IMG/VR virus record: IMGVR_UViG_3300004805_000005
Reading direction: 5' to 3' (one strand)
DNA length: 64,000 nucleotides
DNA from: an uncultured virus (IMG/VR IMGVR_UViG_3300004805_000005)
Taxonomy: Duplodnaviria; Heunggongvirae; Uroviricota; Caudoviricetes
Shown: positions 45,705 to 53,064 of the stretch, piece by piece
Layout of the letters: each line of letters begins with the position of its first letter
Numbering within the stretch: position 1 is the first letter of the stretch
Program-made: the position numbers and the translations under genes
Notes under the pieces: generated by a model
The model's input: the letters and a program-made list of their open reading frames with translations, nothing else
Told to the model about the DNA's origin: nothing
Databases searched by the model: none

Positions 45705-48496
45705 GCGCGGGATCTTAATACATAAGCGGGATCTCTCATAGTACCCGCTTCTTCTGATATACCCGGCAATCCCGCATTCGGAGGTGCCGATGAACTGGTT
45801 GGCTTAGAATTATCGCTTTCAAGCATACGCATAACTTGAGTCATTGTTTCTATCAATTTATTTACATCTTTATGCAATTGTGACATACTCTGATTCATAT
45901 CACTATTTTTATCAGAAGATCCTCGCATTGCATCTACCATTTGATCAAATTTCTTATTATCTTTTGTTGAAATAATGTTATCGTCTGAAGAAAACTTTTG
46001 GACCCTTTGTCCCTTTCTCCATACAAAGTCTTGAGCAACATCTGGGGCCGTATCTTTTTTGGATTTTGCTGTAGTTGGTCCAGAAGAACTCGCATCGGTT
46101 GGTTCTGTCTCATCATCCTTTCCTAACAGATCGCCAAGGCCCGGAATAAATTTCATAGCCTGTCTAAGCAAGTAAGGCAATCCCTTTAGTCCCTTTTTAA
46201 TTTTTTTGAATAGTACATCTTTGAATGCGGTAAATAAACTTACTGGCTTTCCTCCAGCCTTTCCAAATTCTACCTTTTCGTTTGCGGTTCCTAACCAGCT
46301 ATTAAGCATAGAAAAGGCCGGTCCAATTATAGGAATACCACTAAGCACTGATGCAATTTTACCAAATCCGCCAACGATATCTCCTTTGAATATATCAAAT
46401 ATGCCAGAACCAATTTGGAATATTGATGTATTTTTAAACCAAGCTACTATCTTATCCTTTATAGGGACTATGAATCCCTTCATTAAATCAAATGTAGTTA
46501 CTTTCTTGCCATCAGTACTTGCAGCTGCTGCTTTCTTTTCTAACATATTAGATAGTACTCCAACTCCTATAGACAACATAGATCCATATCCGGGAACTAA
46601 TGTTGCGAGTCCACCAACTATTGCCATTATGCCGCCACCATAATCTTTGCTTTTGAATTTTTGATAAGCTTCATATAACTGTATTGCAGTTCCTATGAGA
46701 GGAAGATGTCTCAACCCCTTCATTATAAATCTACCGACTGCCTTTGCCCCATCTCCTAATAAATCTAGCTTTTTAGCATTTTTTCCGGGACCAGCACCAC
46801 CTGCTTTATAGTCTAAGAATGCATTCAGCGCACCAGCACCCAAAGATAGAGCCGTACCGACACCGGGAGCAACTATATTTATAAGTGAGGCTAATCCGCC
46901 TACCAATGCAATAGTACCACCAACAAAATCCTTTTGCTTGAACCGCATGAAAGCATCTGCGAAGTCAATAAGCGTTCCAACGAATGGTATGAAGGTAAGG
47001 GTTTTTAACAGCTTTCCACCAATCTGTTTGGCTAACATTTTTAAACCAGCCATTAATCCGCCTTTACCTAACATAGTCATTAATCCCTTCGCTGGTCCGG
47101 TGCTCATCAACCCCATCGCCAAGGCTCCGAGACTTCCTATGATCATTATAATTGGAGCCATGTATTTCATGATTCCAGATGAAATCTTTCCACCCTCGCC
47201 GCCCTTAACGCTCCCGAGTGTTTTTGGCTCTGATATTTTGCCCCCTGTGATCTCTGCCATAGAATCTAAAGCAGTTTTGCTATAAGATACAATTTCTACT
47301 GGATTTGCCCTTTCTTCTAAGCTTTTGAATGCTCCCTTCCCTTTACCATCTTCTTTGGTATCACCCATTGAAAAAGCTGCTTTGCTCTTTATTTTGTCTA
47401 ATATAGATACACTAGATTTTTCTGCCGTTCCCTTTTCTTTTATATTTAATTTTTTGTCGTCTATTCCGACTGGGTTATCGGCAGCATCGGATGCCTTTTT
47501 TAATAGTTTTCTCTGTAACATACCCCATCTTAGTTTTGTGAATAGTCCCATTTGAGGTGTTACGCCCATAATGTCATTAAATGTAATTTGCTCTTTAAAT
47601 GAAAATTCCTCTGGGATGCTTTCACTAATCTTAGATAATATATTCCACTGCAATATAGACCATTTTATTCTATTAACAGAATTAGTCTTTGGTGGTGATC
47701 CCATTATTTCATTTAGTCCTACTTCTTTAAATTCAATATTACTAGTAGACTTAGAAACTTTATCCATTATACTATTCTGCATTTTATTCCATGCGGAAAA
47801 TCTACTACGAGACAACATCATGGATAAAGCATTTCCGGTAGGGCCAAGCGGACGAAATATATCACCTATTCCTATTTCTTTAAATGAGAGTGCTTGCGTT
47901 GGCAAACTAGTCGTAATCTTATCTAATAAAGCATTCTGTAGTCCGCTCCATTTCTTTTGATATGCAGATGACCTAGAAATATACGAACTAGCGTCTCCAG
48001 AAGGTTTAAATATATCACCAACACTAATTCCATGTTTACCAAGATCTATTTTTTTTGGTATTCCCGTAGATAGACCATCCAATAACTTTGTCGTAATTTC
48101 TTGATATTTTTTTCTATTAACAGTTGATAACTCTGGAGATTGTCCCAATAGAGAAGATATTGATAAACTTCCTTTACTTTCCTTGGCGGATACTTTGTTC
48201 GTGCTATCTGATATCTGCGTAGTAATAATTTTAATAGTATCGTCTATACTCTTCGATATACCATCTTGTATATCTTTATTGATGTCCTTGCTTATACTTT
48301 TACCATCAATTTCGAAAGGAGTTGACTTTATTTTGATATCTTTTAATTTCTTTTCAATCTCAGACAACACAGTTTGGGCAAAATGCTTACCAATTGGTTG
48401 ATTTTCTTTAATAGCAACAGATAGCAATTGAAGAATATCTTGCTTTCCGATATCCTTCGAAGCATCCGAAAATAGTTGTTGTAGGGTTTCGTCCAT
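45668..48496 (-). CDS. Tape-measure-like protein
   Basis: 942 aa, Gly/Ala/Lys-rich helical repeats (IPFVGTLI, LPLIGTAI, IPIIGPAF); lies downstream of the chaperone-like pair. Confidence 0.65.
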   Translation of the reverse strand: MDETLQQLFSDASKDIGKQDILQLLSVAIKENQPIGKHFAQTVLSEIEKKLKDIKIKSTPFEIDGKSISKDINKDIQDGISKSIDDTIKIITTQISDSTNKVSAKESKGSLSISSLLGQSPELSTVNRKKYQEITTKLLDGLSTGIPKKIDLGKHGISVGDIFKPSGDASSYISRSSAYQKKWSGLQNALLDKITTSLPTQALSFKEIGIGDIFRPLGPTGNALSMMLSRSRFSAWNKMQNSIMDKVSKSTSNIEFKEVGLNEIMGSPPKTNSVNRIKWSILQWNILSKISESIPEEFSFKEQITFNDIMGVTPQMGLFTKLRWGMLQRKLLKKASDAADNPVGIDDKKLNIKEKGTAEKSSVSILDKIKSKAAFSMGDTKEDGKGKGAFKSLEERANPVEIVSYSKTALDSMAEITGGKISEPKTLGSVKGGEGGKISSGIMKYMAPIIMIIGSLGALAMGLMSTGPAKGLMTMLGKGGLMAGLKMLAKQIGGKLLKTLTFIPFVGTLIDFADAFMRFKQKDFVGGTIALVGGLASLINIVAPGVGTALSLGAGALNAFLDYKAGGAGPGKNAKKLDLLGDGAKAVGRFIMKGLRHLPLIGTAIQLYEAYQKFKSKDYGGGIMAIVGGLATLVPGYGSMLSIGVGVLSNMLEKKAAAASTDGKKVTTFDLMKGFIVPIKDKIVAWFKNTSIFQIGSGIFDIFKGDIVGGFGKIASVLSGIPIIGPAFSMLNSWLGTANEKVEFGKAGGKPVSLFTAFKDVLFKKIKKGLKGLPYLLRQAMKFIPGLGDLLGKDDETEPTDASSSGPTTAKSKKDTAPDVAQDFVWRKGQRVQKFSSDDNIISTKDNKKFDQMVDAMRGSSDKNSDMNQSMSQLHKDVNKLIETMTQVMRMLESDNSKPTSSSAPPNAGLPGISEEAGTMRDPAYVLRSRAWDRIRKGYVVL

Positions 48497-48511
48497 AGTT
48501 ATTTTAAATAT

Positions 48512-48745
48512 TTATGAACTATGTGGACCATTAATGCCAATTCCTTGTGGAATATTGTCCAATGCTGTATATTGGCCATCTCCCTTCTTTTGTTCTCTTT
48601 GATCTTCCATCCAATATGCCCAAAATAGCTTACGCTCTAATGGACATATAGATTCAACATATTCATTAGAAAAGTGAGCATAATTAACTAATCTATATAT
48701 TTCTTGAAGTATTACATGAAGATTTTCATTAAATAACAACTTCAA
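48512..48745 (-). CDS. gp51-like ORF; likely the -1 frameshift extension of the upstream gene
   Basis: EYVESICPLERKLFW motif; only a TTG start, no SD. Confidence 0.6.
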   Translation of the reverse strand: MKLLFNENLHVILQEIYRLVNYAHFSNEYVESICPLERKLFWAYWMEDQREQKKGDGQYTALDNIPQGIGINGPHSS

Positions 48746-49608
48746 GAAATCGTAAAAAAATTGCCGTCAATCGATAACCTCTTATTGTATGTTTCTCCAT
48801 TAAACTCAAAGGTAACCAACTCAATCTTGTCAATTTCTTTACGAACAATATTAATATAAGCCAAAATCTCTCTAAGTAATACAGTTTTGAAGGTTTCGAC
48901 TACCTTGATACGATCCGCATATGAGAATTTCTTCCAGTCAATTGGAATTAATACATCATCTTGCCCCTTAATCCATACATTATTAATATATTTTACTATT
49001 TCTGTCACAAAGGCGTCACCAACCGTTTTTCTCAATTCTTCTACGTTTTCAATCTGTATATTAGTAACCTTATTACGCAACTCCTTCTCTAGTTTATATT
49101 CCATTCCTATAGTTGGAACCGAACATTCGATTCTATAATAGGCATCTTCTATAGTGTTTGGTAGTATAGTTTCTACTGCATTTACTACTAAATCTAAAAT
49201 TTTAGGAATATCTAATGCGGTATTGACCTTGGTGCCATCTTTGGTTTCTACCTCAATTTCTACCGTACTACCAATGCTCTTAATACGCAAGGCAAGAGCC
49301 AATACCAGTTTATCTACGATGGTCAGGCTATCTACATCTATGGTAGCATCTTGACAGTTTTCCTTCAATATATCTCTAAGTGTATATATAAATTCGGTAT
49401 TATATACTGGAGAATCAATAACAGATTTGACCAACCGCTTTTGTTGTGAAGTGTTTATTTCGTTAAATGGAACCGTTTTGTTTAATGATGGAACCATAAA
49501 ATGAGAAGTATATGAAATATCCTTTCTTCTTATGATATTTTGAATCTGGTCTATGGATGTAATTGCCTTTATTTCGGCTGGGGTTTCTATATTATTGTCT
49601 TCGGTCAT
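48742..49608 (-). CDS. gp26-like baseplate hub / tail assembly chaperone
   Basis: VPSLNKTVPF, LTIVDK..L.LRIKSIG; ends GNFF; AGGAG SD. Confidence 0.65.
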   Translation of the reverse strand: MTEDNNIETPAEIKAITSIDQIQNIIRRKDISYTSHFMVPSLNKTVPFNEINTSQQKRLVKSVIDSPVYNTEFIYTLRDILKENCQDATIDVDSLTIVDKLVLALALRIKSIGSTVEIEVETKDGTKVNTALDIPKILDLVVNAVETILPNTIEDAYYRIECSVPTIGMEYKLEKELRNKVTNIQIENVEELRKTVGDAFVTEIVKYINNVWIKGQDDVLIPIDWKKFSYADRIKVVETFKTVLLREILAYINIVRKEIDKIELVTFEFNGETYNKRLSIDGNFFTIS

Positions 49609-49629
49609 ATTGATTCTCCTTATATTTTC

Positions 49630-49641
49630 ATAAATACTTAT
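49630..49641. promoter_or_regulatory. Quasi-palindromic late promoter between divergent structural genes
   Basis: ATAAATACTTAT (reverse ATAAGTATTTAT) in the 55-nt gap between the gp26-like and gp54-like genes. Confidence 0.65.
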
Positions 49642-49663
49642 ATATAACCACAGGAAATCAACT

Positions 49664-50845
49664 ATGTCAATAAAAATAAAGGGATATAAAACATCTATAC
49701 ATGAGGCATTTTATGGTACACTTACAGATTCTTCTGATTCTTTAGCATTATCACAATTATGGGTTTGTGCTATCGATAAAAAGGTATTAACTAAAATTGC
49801 TACTAGAATAACTTCGGACCTACCAGAGTATGAAACAAAAGAATGGGTTTCCGCAGGAACTCTTACGTTTGATAAATCTTCTAAATCTGGATGGATTACA
49901 ATTGATCCTATCGAAAACGCAACTGGTGGAGCCATGGATGTATTTTTATGGATAAGTGGAATATCTTTTATTGGTGATGGAATATCCTCTTCTCGTGTTG
50001 GTGTGCAACAATCTGGTGCATCCAAGGGTCTAATATCGGAAAATCGTAATGAGTTCACTACTGCTAAGATAACTTTCTTAGAAAGTAATGTATCTTTCGT
50101 GGATGGGATTTTGCGTCCATGGTCAGTATTGGTTGGATATAAAAGCCTCAAAGATCCAGAGTTACGATGTAATATAGAATTATTTGCTTTAGAAAAGACG
50201 GGATTAACTACATCATTTAAGATCAGAAAATCCATATTATTACGAAACGCTGTTCCTGTTTCTATTGATGCGGAAGAATATAATTATTCGGGTGCAAAAT
50301 TAATTGAAAGAGGAATAGAGTTTGCATTTGATAGATATGATATTAGAATAGATCCATGGGTTGATTATGTGGACGAAACACAGAAAATAAAAGATAGTGT
50401 TGAAAAAAAGATAATAAAACCCATGTATCAGAATAAAAATGATAAATTAACCTTAAATGGTCCAACCGAAGTAATAATTTCACCACCGAAATATATATCT
50501 AGTGAAAAGGAATTAACTACCGAAGACCAAAACAGAAAGGCATTAGTACCAAAACCAACAGAACCATCGTTGCTGCAACAAATAAAAGATATAGTAGGAA
50601 AGGCACAATCAGCAGTTAATACTGCTAAAGGAATAGCAGATACAACTACTAGCGCGGTTGCACAGGGGTTGAACGCAACAGGATTATCTAACACGGCTAA
50701 TAAAGTCAGTAATATAAATAATAGGTTTCAATCAAAGGTAATTACCCCAACGGCTAATGTTTTGAGTACAGGAACAAACAGGATAGCGGGTGCCCAAAAC
50801 ATAGGTGCGGCTTTTGGAACTGTTACTGGAACTAAGATACTATAA
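49664..50845 (+). CDS. Tail-tube-fold baseplate protein (gp54-like)
   Basis: ITFLES, LRPW, NAVPVSI and FAFDRY resemble the gp19/gp54 tube fold. Confidence 0.55.
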   Translation: MSIKIKGYKTSIHEAFYGTLTDSSDSLALSQLWVCAIDKKVLTKIATRITSDLPEYETKEWVSAGTLTFDKSSKSGWITIDPIENATGGAMDVFLWISGISFIGDGISSSRVGVQQSGASKGLISENRNEFTTAKITFLESNVSFVDGILRPWSVLVGYKSLKDPELRCNIELFALEKTGLTTSFKIRKSILLRNAVPVSIDAEEYNYSGAKLIERGIEFAFDRYDIRIDPWVDYVDETQKIKDSVEKKIIKPMYQNKNDKLTLNGPTEVIISPPKYISSEKELTTEDQNRKALVPKPTEPSLLQQIKDIVGKAQSAVNTAKGIADTTTSAVAQGLNATGLSNTANKVSNINNRFQSKVITPTANVLSTGTNRIAGAQNIGAAFGTVTGTKIL

Positions 50846-52138
50846 ACATCCAAATTCATACAATCTTACATTTGAATTTGGAGATTTGTAGCTAAAAGAC
50901 TTCAAGCTTTCGCTCAAAGGAATTCTATATCTCATTTTAGAATTCTTTAACCATTCTGACAACTCTTTCCACGTACCAAAGCTCTTTTCTAATGTTTGCT
51001 TCCATAGCTCATTTAGACTGTCTTTACTTGGTATCGATGGATAGAATTTATCCTTCTGGTATTTGAAATATCCTCTGCGATTGATCTCTAACGATGCACA
51101 AATTGGGTCTGGGTATGAATTATAGATCGTATTTCCTATGATACTACTATATGCTGGATTGACTTCAACGAATTGAATCCCGAATATATTGCACCACTTC
51201 TTCACTCCTTCTATGATCAAATTCCTATTCCAGTTATTGTTGACCATTCGATTGAAGTTTCTGCCTTTGCCTTGATTTTTATTTTTTATGGATAAGTCTT
51301 CAATTATAAACTTCGAGCATCTATAATGTACTGCTTTGTCTATAAGAAACATAACAACCTGATGCAGTTCATGTTCTCTTTTATTGTTTTGATGCAGTTG
51401 TTCTGTTGAGTTGGAAGAGACTTTCAGAGACTCATTCAACTTCTTCGTGTCTACTATTCCACTATCAACTATATTTTGTTTGTCTTCGTTGTAATCGCAG
51501 ACAGAATATCCGATAGAATTTGGATTCAAATCTATTCCAATGACTCTATTGTTTATGGTTTCTATTCTTGTAGATTCTTCTTCAAATGATATGAATATAT
51601 TTTCTTTTGTTAGCTTTATGGAGAAAGGCATTTTCTTCTGTTTTGATTGTAATTCGATCCATGCTAGTTCTTTTTTGTAATTTGATTTCAGTTTGGGTAA
51701 GGATAAATCGAAGTGATTAGATCGGCTCATCTTGAAGATAATCTTGCTGTTTTCTATATCCAATTCAAATTTTCTATTACCTTTTTGAGGCATCTCGCCT
51801 TGTATAGACAAAGGAAATAATCTATTTTCTTTATATTGACCTTTTGTTATAAATTTCTTCAAATATTGGATCAAATTGTATTTTCCACCGAAGACTATCT
51901 TCTTATCTTTGAAACGTGCATATAATTGCTTTGCCTCCATGATTCCGCTTTGAACCATCCAAGAATCCTTCAAATCATTATTCAAATCCTTTATTTTCTT
52001 TCTTATGTCTTTTTCTGGAAGTTTCTCTTGATATCTATTGAATGCATAGCGAATGATCGAAGACTGGTTTCGTTGAAGGTTTTCCAATTCTGTGAAGAAC
52101 TCATCGGAAGATTTATATGGAAGTTTAATTGTTTTCAT
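50840..52138 (-). CDS. tnpB: Full-length TnpB-like RNA-guided nuclease lacking the zinc finger
   Basis: RuvC motifs IGIDLN, IIEDL, EVNPAYSS and YPDPI; no adjacent tnpA. Confidence 0.85.
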   Translation of the reverse strand: MKTIKLPYKSSDEFFTELENLQRNQSSIIRYAFNRYQEKLPEKDIRKKIKDLNNDLKDSWMVQSGIMEAKQLYARFKDKKIVFGGKYNLIQYLKKFITKGQYKENRLFPLSIQGEMPQKGNRKFELDIENSKIIFKMSRSNHFDLSLPKLKSNYKKELAWIELQSKQKKMPFSIKLTKENIFISFEEESTRIETINNRVIGIDLNPNSIGYSVCDYNEDKQNIVDSGIVDTKKLNESLKVSSNSTEQLHQNNKREHELHQVVMFLIDKAVHYRCSKFIIEDLSIKNKNQGKGRNFNRMVNNNWNRNLIIEGVKKWCNIFGIQFVEVNPAYSSIIGNTIYNSYPDPICASLEINRRGYFKYQKDKFYPSIPSKDSLNELWKQTLEKSFGTWKELSEWLKNSKMRYRIPLSESLKSFSYKSPNSNVRLYEFGCL

Positions 52139-52341
52139 TTATGTTTATGATAAGTATCTACGAGGGACAGCTAAGGTTTATGTTTACTTAGTTTTCTTTA
52201 GACTGTAATCTAAAGAATTACCTCATATAAATACTTATAGTTTCGGATAGATTTTTCTTGCAATACTTGTAAAATAATGTATAATTATTTACATGAAAGA
52301 GAATAATATAATGTCGGATATGAACAAAATGACACAAGGAT

Positions 52342-52384
52342 AAACGAAAAAGACTCTAAGATTAACTTAGAGTCTTTTTCGTTT
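52342..52384. terminator. Bidirectional terminator after the tail tube gene
   Basis: Perfect 19-bp inverted repeat AAACGAAAAAGACTCTAAG / CTTAGAGTCTTTTTCGTTT with a 5-nt loop. Confidence 0.85.
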
Positions 52385-52400
52385 TGATATTTATTTTTAT

Positions 52401-52964
52401 TTAAGAACCAACAATCTGATCATTTGTATTATCATTTACCCAATACTGATATGCCAAAGTAACTGTCATGGTCTGCTCCTTGCCACCGCCAGTTGCATCA
52501 TATCCAATTTCAGCCATTGTTACCGGATAACAACCAATTAATTTAATCGTCCTTACAGCTTTACCAGTTCTATCAAATACGGCTAATTTAGCATATGTAT
52601 CAGATCCTTTAGGGCTATATGCTCCAACACTATCCGTTTCATCGGGGAATGCGTTGAAGATAGACTTCTGCCAACCAATGATCTTCTCACGAAGATTTAG
52701 TTGAGCATCACAACGAAACACCACCTGCCATCCTTCACTTCCGGGGAAAGTTCCACCACCGGGAATATTGAAGTTCATCCCCATGAATGGAACTTGATTG
52801 TTTGTGATAGCGTATCCGGGAAGAACTGCTGTCGTAATATATACGTTGTCATCTTCTTTGATGAACCCGCCCGGACCTATCGCAAGAACTCTCATCGAAA
52901 AATCACGAGAGAAGTCCTTCTGAAGAGCTTGATTGTAGAAATCTCCTATACCCATTGTTGCCAT
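52401..52964 (-). CDS. gp19: Tail tube protein
   Basis: AVLPG, VPFMG..FNIPG, W.V.F.CD, GCYP and VTLAYQYW; follows the sheath gene. Confidence 0.85.
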   Translation of the reverse strand: MATMGIGDFYNQALQKDFSRDFSMRVLAIGPGGFIKEDDNVYITTAVLPGYAITNNQVPFMGMNFNIPGGGTFPGSEGWQVVFRCDAQLNLREKIIGWQKSIFNAFPDETDSVGAYSPKGSDTYAKLAVFDRTGKAVRTIKLIGCYPVTMAEIGYDATGGGKEQTMTVTLAYQYWVNDNTNDQIVGS

Positions 52965-53011
52965 AAAATTATATCTCCTTTTAATTACTTATCCTATCAC
53001 GTACAATCTAA

Positions 53012-53054
53012 CTCAAATATACGATTAGACTTTTAATTTAATCGTATATTTGAG
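53012..53054. repeat. 16-bp inverted repeat between sheath and tube genes
   Basis: CTCAAATATACGATTA / TAATCGTATATTTGAG. Confidence 0.8.
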
Positions 53055-53064
53055 CATCTAACCA

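Noticed and set aside
50840..52400. Cas12f/Cas14 CRISPR system
   Set aside because: No repeat-spacer array or cas genes seen in the window; the nearby repeats are simple hairpins.
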